Shown here piece after piece: positions 21,089-30,836 of a stretch of 64,000 nt of DNA. Position 1 is the stretch's first letter, and the number at the start of each line of letters is the position of its first letter. A model generated the notes under the pieces. That model was not told where the DNA came from. It searched no databases and saw nothing but the letters and a program-made list of their open reading frames with translations. The position numbers and the translations under genes are program-made. Origin of the DNA: a virus (lineage: Duplodnaviria; Caudoviricetes); the IMG/VR virus record IMGVR_UViG_3300033075_001021. The stretch is one strand, 5' to 3'.

Positions 21089-21802
21089 ATGAAGCTTTAC
21101 AATTTATTTGAAGATATTATATTAGAAAGTGAAAATCTTTTAATGGAATCCGTTGATTTTAACACGGTTAAGGATTCTATTGATAAGAAATATAACGTTA
21201 ACATTGTGTATATTGATGGCGATGGAGTTCGCACCAGTAGATATATTCAACCATATGTTTTGGGTGATACATTGGCTGGTAACAAAGCGATAAGGGCTTA
21301 TCAAATATTTGGTGGGTCTAGAACAATGACAACAAAGAATGAAAAGGGTGGGTGGAGAATATTTAGACTGGATAGAATCGTAGATTGGAAACCAACAAAT
21401 ATGAAATTTAAAGTTCCCGTTTCCGATTTACCTAGTTTTATGATTAATCGAGGCCGATTCAATCCAAACGGCGATGAAATGTTCTCAAGGGTTGATGCAA
21501 TTGCTAAATTTGGTCAGCAAATACAAGAACCAACGCAAGAACCAATACAAGTTCCTATTCAAAAAGCGGAACCAACGCAGGCTCAGCCAGTCAAACCAGC
21601 TCAACCAACAATCAAGGGCTTGTCACCAAAACCATCAAAACCTGAAATAAAAACGGGTACGGAAAAGACCAATAGATATTCTACTGGTAAAGACCCGAAA
21701 CCAAAAATTGAGCCGAATAAACCTGCCGATACCAGCAAAACAACTGGAATTGATACAAGCAAGACAACAGCTCAACCAATAACTAAAAAAGAAAAGATAT
21801 GA
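21089..21802 (+). CDS. WYL-domain protein with P/K/T-rich tail
   Basis: I.Y.DG.G..T.R.IQPY.L...GWRIFRLDRI WYL signature; no HTH. Confidence 0.75.
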   Translation: MKLYNLFEDIILESENLLMESVDFNTVKDSIDKKYNVNIVYIDGDGVRTSRYIQPYVLGDTLAGNKAIRAYQIFGGSRTMTTKNEKGGWRIFRLDRIVDWKPTNMKFKVPVSDLPSFMINRGRFNPNGDEMFSRVDAIAKFGQQIQEPTQEPIQVPIQKAEPTQAQPVKPAQPTIKGLSPKPSKPEIKTGTEKTNRYSTGKDPKPKIEPNKPADTSKTTGIDTSKTTAQPITKKEKI

Positions 21803-22392
21803 CAACACCACCACCAGTAGATTTAAACAGATTAAAAGGTATTCTAGGTGCATCTAAAGCAATAATGAAAAAAGTTGAAACGGGTGACTTTGAAACAGGT
21901 CACGTTGATGCTAGAGCATTAACCGAAGAAGGTGTTCAAGAGTTACACGCAGCTGGTGTTAGCAGACCAATGCGTCAAGAACAACAGCAACTTCAGGGTC
22001 ATCAATATCAAGAAGCCGTAATGAATTCTGGAATGCCAGAAGCGGTGAAAAAAATTATGTTGGAAAGACCAATCCCACAGGTAACACCTAATTATACATT
22101 TTCTTTAGACGATGTCACTGATTTATCAGATGAAAAACCAATGGGTCGCCCATTAGCACCTAAAACAAAACCAAGACAACAAGTGATTCAAGAAAATTAT
22201 GTACAGTCTTCTGATATGATTACTGTAAGTAAAGCTGACTTGAAAGAAATGGTTAATGCAATTGTTAACGAAAGACTTTTGGAATTTATGACAAAAACCA
22301 ACAATAAAGCAATTGCTGAAGATGCTGTTAAAAGAACAATCAATCTTCTTATTAAAGAAGGTAAATTAGCAACAAAGAAAAAAACCCTCTAA
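21799..22392 (+). CDS. Hypothetical protein
   Basis: ATGA overlap with upstream gene, followed by a terminator. Confidence 0.7.
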   Translation: MTTPPPVDLNRLKGILGASKAIMKKVETGDFETGHVDARALTEEGVQELHAAGVSRPMRQEQQQLQGHQYQEAVMNSGMPEAVKKIMLERPIPQVTPNYTFSLDDVTDLSDEKPMGRPLAPKTKPRQQVIQENYVQSSDMITVSKADLKEMVNAIVNERLLEFMTKTNNKAIAEDAVKRTINLLIKEGKLATKKKTL

Positions 22393-22409
22393 TCTATACT
22401 TTTTTTAAT

Positions 22410-22436
22410 AAAAGGAGCCATTATTGGCTCTTTTTT
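22410..22436 (+). terminator. Intrinsic terminator
   Basis: GAGCCA-TTAT-TGGCTC then TTTTTT. Confidence 0.8.
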
Positions 22437-22437
22437 A

Positions 22438-22466
22438 TTGACTTAATTAATCTAGATTACTATATT
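22438..22466 (+). promoter_or_regulatory. Promoter for the glycosylation region
   Basis: TTGACT-N17-TATATT. Confidence 0.6.
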
Positions 22467-22497
22467 GTATTCAAATAAAACGTTTTAAACAAAAAAT

Positions 22498-23763
22498 ATG
22501 AAAAAAATTAAAGTTTTAGTTGTCCCATCAGACAGAACTGGTGTAGGTTACTTTAGAAGTACAAAACCACATCTTGCATTAGAAGAAAATTATCCAGATG
22601 AATTCCACGTTGATATAGATTACGAACCACAGTTAGACAATGACGAGTTTTTAAAACAATATGACATTATTCACTATCACAGAACACTTGGACCATTCGA
22701 TAAAATGCAAGGTGTGCTTGAAAGATTGGATAAACTAGGTATTGTTAGTATTATGGATTTAGATGACTATTGGTCGCCAGGTACCCATCACCCAGCACAC
22801 TTGTTGATTAAACAAAGTGGAATGGATAAGATGATTATCAATAATCTAAAATTGGCTAAGAATATTACAACAACAACCGAAATATTTGCTGATGAGATTC
22901 GCAAATTTAATAAAAATGTTTTTGTTCTTCCAAATGCAATCGACCCAACAGAAAAGCAATTCATACCAAATCCAGAAGTAAGTAATAGGATTAGAATTGG
23001 TTGGTTAGGTGGCTCATCTCACTTACATGATTTAAGGCTAGTGTCTTCTATTGCTGGACATTTTGACAATGTTCAATTGGTTTTATGTGGATTTGACCTT
23101 AGAGGTGTAATGACAATGATTGATGAGAAAACAGGACAACAAACTCAAAGACCGATTAAACCACAAGAAAGCGTTTGGTATGAGTATGAAAAGATATTCA
23201 CAGACAATTATAGGACGGTAAGTCCAGAATATAAGGAATTTCTTCTTCAATTTAAAAACGAAGAATATCCAAACGTAGCAAATGAACCGTACAGAAGAGT
23301 ATGGACAAAACCAATTAGTAGCTATGCATCAAATTATAACTTATTTGATATCCTAATAGCCCCACTTGAAGAAAATATCTTTAATAAGGTAAAAAGTCAA
23401 TTAAAAGTTATTGAAGCTGGCTTTCATAAAAAAGCTATTATCGCACAAGACTTTGGCCCATATCAAATTGACCTTAAAAACGCACATCAATTTGGCGGCG
23501 GTTGGGACCCAACAGGAAATGCATTATTGGTTAACTCAAATAGAAATCATAAGGATTGGGTTAAGAATCTTACCAAACTTATCACCAATCCAGAATTAAT
23601 CAAACAATTGAGTGAAAACCTTTATAACACTGTAAAAGATAAATACTCAATTAATAAAGTGTCTGAAGATAGAAGGGCACTATATCTAAATTTATTAAAC
23701 AATGAAACTAACAATCAAACTAGACCCAACAGTAGGCCAGTTAGTGAGGTCGTTGAAGCGTAA
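22498..23763 (+). CDS. Glycosyltransferase (GT-B, GT4-like)
   Basis: G.GYFR..KPH, DLDDYW, RIGWLGGSSH, IAPL..N.FN.VKS.LK..EAG. Confidence 0.8.
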   Translation: MKKIKVLVVPSDRTGVGYFRSTKPHLALEENYPDEFHVDIDYEPQLDNDEFLKQYDIIHYHRTLGPFDKMQGVLERLDKLGIVSIMDLDDYWSPGTHHPAHLLIKQSGMDKMIINNLKLAKNITTTTEIFADEIRKFNKNVFVLPNAIDPTEKQFIPNPEVSNRIRIGWLGGSSHLHDLRLVSSIAGHFDNVQLVLCGFDLRGVMTMIDEKTGQQTQRPIKPQESVWYEYEKIFTDNYRTVSPEYKEFLLQFKNEEYPNVANEPYRRVWTKPISSYASNYNLFDILIAPLEENIFNKVKSQLKVIEAGFHKKAIIAQDFGPYQIDLKNAHQFGGGWDPTGNALLVNSNRNHKDWVKNLTKLITNPELIKQLSENLYNTVKDKYSINKVSEDRRALYLNLLNNETNNQTRPNSRPVSEVVEA

Positions 23764-24346
23764 GATAAATAATCTTATTTTTAATTGGTTTAAAAAACCG
23801 TACAAAAATTACTTACTGAAACGTGTTGAAAAACGCAAAGTGGCGAGTATACGCCAAGAATTTAAAAAAAATTTCAATGTATCTCCAAGTTATATTGTTG
23901 AATTAATGCATAAAAGTGATGTTGAATACTTTACCAGAAATCCAACAGTTAAAATCACCGATGAAGAACACAAAACTTTATTATTGGAACAACTTAAAAA
24001 AAGCGCTTATTTATTTAACAAAATAAAACCGTACAATAAAGCGTCATTTTTTTATGAACCAGAAATTATTGATATACATAACGAATCGCTTGATGATAAC
24101 ACTGGGCCACATATTAAAGAATTGATAGCCAAAGAAACGACTAAAGCTGGACGTGAGCTACGTAGTCAAGAAAAAAGTTGTGGGGGTACCTTAGATTATG
24201 CCCCAAAAACCAACAATACTAATGCTATGACTAGACAATCAAGTTCATTAATGCAAGACCATTTAAAGATTTGGGGCCTTGATAAAGAAAAGGGTGAAGA
24301 AGAACTATTACGCACCTTAAAGACTAGGTTTCAAGAAAAATTTTAG
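23702..24346 (+). CDS. Hypothetical protein
   Basis: 214-aa ORF filling the gap between annotated genes. Confidence 0.6.
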   Translation: MKLTIKLDPTVGQLVRSLKRKINNLIFNWFKKPYKNYLLKRVEKRKVASIRQEFKKNFNVSPSYIVELMHKSDVEYFTRNPTVKITDEEHKTLLLEQLKKSAYLFNKIKPYNKASFFYEPEIIDIHNESLDDNTGPHIKELIAKETTKAGRELRSQEKSCGGTLDYAPKTNNTNAMTRQSSSLMQDHLKIWGLDKEKGEEELLRTLKTRFQEKF

Positions 24347-24354
24347 GTTAGTTG

Positions 24355-24385
24355 TTGCTTTTTTGGGGAATTTTGAGTATATTTG
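24355..24385 (+). promoter_or_regulatory. Promoter (Bacteroidota-type -7 element)
   Basis: TTGCTT-N17-TATATTTG. Confidence 0.55.
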
Positions 24386-24402
24386 TTCAAAATTCATTAT
24401 CT

Positions 24403-24969
24403 ATGTTAAAATCAGAACAAATTGTAAAAAACACCAAAAAATTCTTCCAAACAGCGCTAGAACACGGTATTATGAACGATGAACTTATGACCTTTTTAGG
24501 CGAAGAATTCATCAAAGCCCCTGCCACCGCAATGAAAGACCAATATAACGCATTTGAAGGTGGTTTAATAGACCACCTTTTAAATGTAACTAAGTATGCG
24601 GTTATATTTAACAACGCCCTTCCAGAGACAGAAAAAGTAGACCAAAAGTCACTCATCCGTGTATGTCTCCTACATCAAATAGGAAAGGCCCATCTCTACA
24701 CTCCATGCCAATCAGAGTGGCATCGTAACAATCAAGGTAAAATGTACGAATACAAGAATGACCAAGTAGCCATGCGTGTGGCTGAGCGTTCATTGTATTA
24801 CGCTCTAAATCACGGTATTAAGCTTACCGATGAAGAGTATGCTGCCATCCTTATGTCCGACAAAACTGACGACAAGATGGCCGAATACCACAATACAATG
24901 CTTGGTGATTTATTAAAAACCGCAGCACTTTTTGCGATTAAAAACGAAAAAAAGAGAGCCAATGACTAA
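24403..24969 (+). CDS. HD-superfamily hydrolase-like protein (HD altered to HQ)
   Basis: APA...AFEGGLIDH...LLHQIGK, YhaM-like; start set at ATG 24403. Confidence 0.65.
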   Translation: MLKSEQIVKNTKKFFQTALEHGIMNDELMTFLGEEFIKAPATAMKDQYNAFEGGLIDHLLNVTKYAVIFNNALPETEKVDQKSLIRVCLLHQIGKAHLYTPCQSEWHRNNQGKMYEYKNDQVAMRVAERSLYYALNHGIKLTDEEYAAILMSDKTDDKMAEYHNTMLGDLLKTAALFAIKNEKKRAND

Positions 24970-25543
24970 TAACGAATTATATGATAAAATGCAAGAAAGA
25001 ATCTTGGATATAGCCAATCCAAATGTTGACTATACACAAGAAGATTTTGATAAAGAATTTGGTTTGTTTACGGTTACAAACTTTGATTTTGCAAAGATTC
25101 ATATCAATTTTGTTAACAAATCTAAGAACCAAAATCCAGAATATGCAACGGATGGTTCAAGTGGATTTGATTTAAGAGCTAATCTTGAAACACCATTTAC
25201 ACTTGAAAGTGGAAAATTTGCGGTTATTCCGACTGGTTTATTTTTTGAAATACCACAAAACTTTGAAATACAAGTAAGGCCAAGGAGTGGATTGGCAGCA
25301 AAATGGGGGGTTACGGTATTAAACACACCAGGCACCGTTGACGCTGATTATCGAGGTGAAGTAAAGGTGATACTTATCAATCACGGTCAAGAACCATTTG
25401 TAATTAACAGTGGTGATAGAATCGCACAAGGTGTTATCGCTAGCGTTTACGGAAAAAATATTATCTCACTCAACCAAGTTTCAAAAATCACAGATAGAAC
25501 AGAACGCTCATCTGGTGGTTTTGGTCATACAGGTATTAAATAA
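24962..25543 (+). CDS. dut: dUTPase (trimeric)
   Basis: GFDL, RPRSGLA, GTVDADYRGE, DRIAQ, R..GGFGHTG; start ATG 24962. Confidence 0.95.
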   Translation: MTNNELYDKMQERILDIANPNVDYTQEDFDKEFGLFTVTNFDFAKIHINFVNKSKNQNPEYATDGSSGFDLRANLETPFTLESGKFAVIPTGLFFEIPQNFEIQVRPRSGLAAKWGVTVLNTPGTVDADYRGEVKVILINHGQEPFVINSGDRIAQGVIASVYGKNIISLNQVSKITDRTERSSGGFGHTGIK

Positions 25544-25549
25544 ATAAAC

Positions 25550-26536
25550 ATGAAATTAGACTTCAACGATTTGCTAATTGTTCCAAAAGAAATTAGTAGT
25601 ATTACCACTAGGTCAATTATCAATCCATATGTTAATGGTAAACTACCATTAATTACAGCTCCGATGGATACCGTTTTATCTGAAACAAATGCTAAATTTT
25701 TCAGTGAAAATAAAATTGAAATTTGCCAACCAAGATATCACCAAATAGAGGATGGTTTTAGGTCTTATTCAATTCAACAAATGCGAAATCTGTATAATTC
25801 AAAGCAATTGAAAAATGGAAAATATTTGATTGATATTGCAAATGGGCATATGGATAGCGTATTGCATTTAACCAAAGCAATAAAAAAAAGAGAACCAGCG
25901 ATAACATTAATGGTTGGAAACATTGCCAATCCAGAAACTTATCGTATATTATCAGAAGCTGGTGCTGATTATATTAGGGTCGGCATAGGCAATGGTGGTG
26001 GCTGTTTAACAACCCAAAACACTGGTGTTGGGTATCCGATGGCCTCTTTGATAAGAGAGTGTTATGAAATATCAACAACACTTAAAAATCCAGCATATAT
26101 TGTCGCCGATGGTGGCATGAAAGATTATAGTGATATTATTAAGGCATTAGCATTAGGTGCCGACTACGTAATGTTAGGTAGTATATTGAACAAGTCGCTT
26201 GAATCGGCTGGTGATAACTTCCTGTGGAAGAAAATTAAGGTACCACAAAAAGTCGCTGAATTTGCCTACAGACATGGTGTTCCAGTTTATAAGCTATTCA
26301 GGGGTATGAGTACAAAAGAAGTTCAGAAAAAATGGGGTGCCGAGAAAATAAAAACCTCAGAGGGTGTTGTTAGATATCGTAAAGTTGAATACACACTCTC
26401 ACAATGGACCGAAAATTTTGAACACTATTTACGTTCAGCTATGAGTTATGCTGGCGCTTTAAACCTTAATGAATTTATCGGAAAAGCCAATCTTGTTCAA
26501 ATAACAGATAATGCATATAAACGTTTTAACAAATAA
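25550..26536 (+). CDS. IMP dehydrogenase / GMP reductase family, no CBS domain
   Basis: TAPMDTV, DIANGH, VGIGNGGGCLT, ADGG, GADYVMLGS, FRGMST, SEG, LRSAMSY. Confidence 0.9.
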   Translation: MKLDFNDLLIVPKEISSITTRSIINPYVNGKLPLITAPMDTVLSETNAKFFSENKIEICQPRYHQIEDGFRSYSIQQMRNLYNSKQLKNGKYLIDIANGHMDSVLHLTKAIKKREPAITLMVGNIANPETYRILSEAGADYIRVGIGNGGGCLTTQNTGVGYPMASLIRECYEISTTLKNPAYIVADGGMKDYSDIIKALALGADYVMLGSILNKSLESAGDNFLWKKIKVPQKVAEFAYRHGVPVYKLFRGMSTKEVQKKWGAEKIKTSEGVVRYRKVEYTLSQWTENFEHYLRSAMSYAGALNLNEFIGKANLVQITDNAYKRFNK

Positions 26537-28185
26537 TGATTAGTGTAATATATTGTACAAGAGAAACAAATCCAAACCATGTTGAGCATTTAAAGAAAAC
26601 ATCTGGACTACATAAAAATCTTGAAGTTATTGAAATAATCAATAATGGTGAGGATTTAACCAAATCATATAATCGTGGTTTAAACCTAGCCACGAATGAT
26701 ATCGTCGTGTTTTGTCACGACGATATTACTATTGAAACCAATAACTGGGGAAATAAGCTTATCAAACTTTTCAAAAACAATCCAGACTACGGAATCATTG
26801 GCGTTGCTGGAACAAAATATCTGGCCGATACTGGTAAGTGGTGGGAAGATAGAAAGAAGATGTATGGCCGTGTGGCACACACACATGAAGGTAATACTTG
26901 GTTATCGTCATACAGTGACGATTTAGGTCAAGAATTAGAAGAAGTTGTTGTAGTTGATGGTGTATTCTTTGCCATTGATAAACAAATTGCTATCATTCCA
27001 TTTGACGAATCAGTCAAAGGTTTTCACTTTTACGATGTTACATTTTGTTTTCAAAACTACCTAAATAACACTAAAATTGGCGTTACCACCATGGTAAGAG
27101 TTAATCATAGGTCTATTGGTATGACCAATGAACAATGGGATGAAAACAGAAAAGAATTCGCTGAAAGATATAGTGACAAACTACCAGTTAAAATCAAAAA
27201 AGTTCTTCGTAAAAATGAAAAGCTTAAAGTTTTAATTGGATGTCTCAACTTTAATAGTTTTACTGGCTCTGAACTCTACGTCTTTGAATTAGCTAAAGCG
27301 TTGGTTAAACAAAATTGCGACGTTACCGTGTGTTCAAATATTGGTAATCCATTAGCTATGGTTGCTAAACAACACGGAATCAAATTAGCCACCCTTCAAG
27401 AACCACCTGGTTTTAAATTAGGTGATGGTGAATGGTCATTAAAGAGTGTACAGGGTGAAGTCAAGTCACAACCAAACACACTATATAAGCTTAGCGATGT
27501 TAATTTTGATGTATTACACTTAAACCATACACCAGTAACAGAACACCTTCTTAGATTGTATCCAGATACACCAACAATTTGTAGTATACATTCTGAAGTA
27601 ATTGCACTTGAGAACCCTGTTGTTAACCCACAAATCAAGAAATATATTGCAATACGGCCAGAAATCAAAGACCATATTGTCAGGAACTTTAAAATACCTG
27701 AAGAAATTGTTGATGTGGTGTATAATCCGATTGACGCAGTTAGATTTAAACCTTTAAATCAAACCAAAAAAAACGACAAAAAAAGAATTCTATTTGTTGG
27801 TACTATTGATTATCTTAGGCGAGAAACAATAATGGACCTTATTGAAACAACACGTATCAATAATGAAGAATTGTGGATTGTGGGTAAGAAAAATGAAAAC
27901 TATCTTGATGAAGCGCTTCAGAACGCACCACACGTAAAATACTTCGAACCAACGAACAAGGTAGAAAAGTTTATTCAGGATTGTGATGAAACTGCTGGTA
28001 TTCTTTTAGGTAGAACAACAATTGAGGGTTGGTTATGTGGAAAAGGCGGTTGGATATATGATGTTGACTCAGCGGGTAGCATTAAATCCAAGTCTTTTCA
28101 TCCAGTACCATCCGATGTCGAGAAATTTAAGAGTGAAAATGTTGCAAAAGAAATAATTCAAGAATACAAACAAATACTTGATTAA
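26536..28185 (+). CDS. Two-domain glycosyltransferase (GT2-like plus GT-B)
   Basis: YN.G...VFCHDD, GFHFYD in the N-terminal part; TGSELY, GRTTIEG in the C-terminal part. Confidence 0.8.
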   Translation: MISVIYCTRETNPNHVEHLKKTSGLHKNLEVIEIINNGEDLTKSYNRGLNLATNDIVVFCHDDITIETNNWGNKLIKLFKNNPDYGIIGVAGTKYLADTGKWWEDRKKMYGRVAHTHEGNTWLSSYSDDLGQELEEVVVVDGVFFAIDKQIAIIPFDESVKGFHFYDVTFCFQNYLNNTKIGVTTMVRVNHRSIGMTNEQWDENRKEFAERYSDKLPVKIKKVLRKNEKLKVLIGCLNFNSFTGSELYVFELAKALVKQNCDVTVCSNIGNPLAMVAKQHGIKLATLQEPPGFKLGDGEWSLKSVQGEVKSQPNTLYKLSDVNFDVLHLNHTPVTEHLLRLYPDTPTICSIHSEVIALENPVVNPQIKKYIAIRPEIKDHIVRNFKIPEEIVDVVYNPIDAVRFKPLNQTKKNDKKRILFVGTIDYLRRETIMDLIETTRINNEELWIVGKKNENYLDEALQNAPHVKYFEPTNKVEKFIQDCDETAGILLGRTTIEGWLCGKGGWIYDVDSAGSIKSKSFHPVPSDVEKFKSENVAKEIIQEYKQILD

Positions 28186-29249
28186 TGAAAAAAACCGTAA
28201 TTACGATAACGGGTATTCGACCAGATTTCATTAGAATGTCTGAAATATTTAAAAAGCTTGATGAGAATTTTAATCATATTCTTATACATAGTGGTCAACA
28301 TTATGATAAGCTTTTATCTGACGTATTTTTTGAAGAATTAGAAATTCGTAAACCAGACTATAATCTTGCAATTGGTGGGCCAAATAAAGAGCATTTTCAT
28401 CAAGCCGCTGACCTTTCAATAAAGGTTATTGAGCTTATTAGGGAAAAAAATCTAAACCCAGATTTAATTATTTTTTTAGGCGATTCAAATTCGGTTGTAT
28501 GTTCGGTCCCACTTAAAAAAGAAGGTTATAAAATTGCACATATAGAAGCTGGAATGCGTTCTGGTGATAACAGAATGTTAGAAGAAATTAATAGAAAAGT
28601 TTGTGATACATGTAGCGACTTATTATTTGTTTATCACGATAATTACAGAATGAAATTAGCTAATGAAAACATTACTAAAGGTGTATATGTTGTTGGAAAC
28701 ACAATTGTCGAGGTCGCTAGTAAATTTATTCCTTTGGAACAAAAACGTAACGATAGGATATTGTTAGATATTCATAGGCCTGAGAACTTTAAATATAAAG
28801 AAAGGCTTGAGAATATTGTAGAATATTCAAAAATGATGGCAAATAAATTTCATGTCCCAATTTTTATGCTTGAGTTTCCTAGGACAATGAAAGCAATTGA
28901 TGAGTTTAGAATTGATTTAGGTGAAATTGATGCTGTCCCTCTTCAACCGTTTAAGAAGTATTTACATCAAGTTTATCATTCAAAATTTATTATTTCAGAT
29001 TCTGGGACAGCGCAAGAAGAACCAGCTTTGTTAAAAACACCTGTAATTGTTCCAAGAGATTATACTGAAAGACCAGAATCACTAATATATAGCTGTTCAT
29101 ATATGATTGATGTTAATACAAAACATAATTTAACGTGGGATATATCGTCTGATTTCATTCAAAATGGTTATACATCCATGGATAACAGTTGGCTTGGGGA
29201 TGGGACCACATCCGATAAAATAATTGAAACATTAAAGAATGTGTTATGA
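28185..29249 (+). CDS. wecB: UDP-N-acetylglucosamine 2-epimerase
   Basis: GIRPDF, HSGQHYD, GDSNS, HIEAGMRS, EEINR, HRPEN, SDSGTAQEE, TERPE. Confidence 0.92.
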   Translation: MKKTVITITGIRPDFIRMSEIFKKLDENFNHILIHSGQHYDKLLSDVFFEELEIRKPDYNLAIGGPNKEHFHQAADLSIKVIELIREKNLNPDLIIFLGDSNSVVCSVPLKKEGYKIAHIEAGMRSGDNRMLEEINRKVCDTCSDLLFVYHDNYRMKLANENITKGVYVVGNTIVEVASKFIPLEQKRNDRILLDIHRPENFKYKERLENIVEYSKMMANKFHVPIFMLEFPRTMKAIDEFRIDLGEIDAVPLQPFKKYLHQVYHSKFIISDSGTAQEEPALLKTPVIVPRDYTERPESLIYSCSYMIDVNTKHNLTWDISSDFIQNGYTSMDNSWLGDGTTSDKIIETLKNVL

Positions 29250-30052
29250 TTTCTATTGCCACACCATATTATAATCGTAAACCTCAGTTTATCAATACAC
29301 TTAAAACGATTCAAAAGTCTAAACAAATTGATAATCTTGAATTAATTGTTGTTGATGATTGCTCATCCGATGAACATAAGTTAGACGATATTCCAGACCA
29401 ATTTCCATTTGTTAAGGTGATTACACTTAAGAAAGAAGATAGGTTTTATATCAATCCGTGTATTCCCTTTAATAAAGCCATAAAAGCAGCAACAGGGGAT
29501 ATTATTGTGTTACAAAATCCAGAATGTTTACATGTTGGTGATATTTTAACCGACATCGTAAATCGAATTACGGATGACAATTATCTCACCTATGGTGTTT
29601 ATTCAGCGAGTCAAGAAATTAGTTCTTATATTAATGAACTACCGTTTGAAAATGAACATATTTTTAATATGATTAAATCACAGTTAATGCCAATGAACAA
29701 TATCAACTATGTTAGTGAGGGGCAATCATGTTGGTATAATCATTCAATTTATCGACCAGCGGCGTATCACTTTGTTGCTGCAATATCAAAGAAAAATATG
29801 GACAAATTAGGCGGCTTTGATGAAAGATATTATAATGGTATTGGTTTTGATGACGATGAATTCTTATATAGGATAAAGGTTTTGGGTTTAAATATTGAAA
29901 TACACGATAATCCGTTTGCGGTTCATCAATGGCATTATAGTGAAAACAATTTTTTTGCTAATGCTGATAATGTTAGTTTAGCTATACAGCGTAACCAAGA
30001 TTTATTTAATAATGTAACAAAAAAGTTTAAAAAACCAAATGTTAATTCCTAG
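29246..30052 (+). CDS. Glycosyltransferase family 2
   Basis: ISIATPYYNR, VVDDCS, GGFDERY..G.GFDDDEF. Confidence 0.88.
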   Translation: MISIATPYYNRKPQFINTLKTIQKSKQIDNLELIVVDDCSSDEHKLDDIPDQFPFVKVITLKKEDRFYINPCIPFNKAIKAATGDIIVLQNPECLHVGDILTDIVNRITDDNYLTYGVYSASQEISSYINELPFENEHIFNMIKSQLMPMNNINYVSEGQSCWYNHSIYRPAAYHFVAAISKKNMDKLGGFDERYYNGIGFDDDEFLYRIKVLGLNIEIHDNPFAVHQWHYSENNFFANADNVSLAIQRNQDLFNNVTKKFKKPNVNS

Positions 30053-30836
30053 GATAATGAATTTTTATTGGGGTGGTCAAAATCTATCATACCTACAATA
30101 TTTAACAATATTGAGTTTTCATAAATTTAATCCTTTATGGAGAATTGTTTTACATACCCCAATAGAACCGTCAAACGAAATTACTTGGATAACAGATGAA
30201 CATAGCGTTAACTATATAGGACCAAATTATTTGGATGATTTAAAATCACTTCAATATGTGAATTTTAATGTTGTTGATTTTAATGAAATTGGTTTTTTTA
30301 ATAATTCCCCAGAAGTCTTTAAATCTGATTATCTTAGATGGTATTTACTATCAACACAAGGTGGTGGATGGTCTGATATGGATATTCTTTACATTAAGCC
30401 GCTAAATGAATTGATAGACGCGAAGATACAAAATTTAGTTTGCTTAGGTAAATATGGTAATATAATTGGGTTTTTGCTTTCAATACCAAATAACCCTTTA
30501 TTTAAGAGACTTTTGGATAATTCTATTCATTATTTTAATCCTAGCGATTATCAATCAATTGGTTCAAAGTTAATGAATATATTTTATCCAAACGAAACTA
30601 GTTTATTTTATGAGTTCCCAATGACAAAAAACATTGATATGGATTCATTTTACAAAATAAATCATGAAAATTTGATTGATTTATTCTATAATAATAGAAT
30701 AGATGTTATTACTGATGACGTAATCGGTGTTCATTGGTATAATGGTTCAAACATAGCTAAACAATATAATAACGAATATTCACAGGGAAAACGAAGTGAC
30801 TGTACAATAAATGAAATAATAAAAAAAATAATATGA
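30039..30836 (+). CDS. Glycosyltransferase, DxD / GT32-like
   Basis: IPRIMNFYW, KSDYLRW.LL...GGGWSDMD. Confidence 0.85.
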   Translation: MLIPRIMNFYWGGQNLSYLQYLTILSFHKFNPLWRIVLHTPIEPSNEITWITDEHSVNYIGPNYLDDLKSLQYVNFNVVDFNEIGFFNNSPEVFKSDYLRWYLLSTQGGGWSDMDILYIKPLNELIDAKIQNLVCLGKYGNIIGFLLSIPNNPLFKRLLDNSIHYFNPSDYQSIGSKLMNIFYPNETSLFYEFPMTKNIDMDSFYKINHENLIDLFYNNRIDVITDDVIGVHWYNGSNIAKQYNNEYSQGKRSDCTINEIIKKII

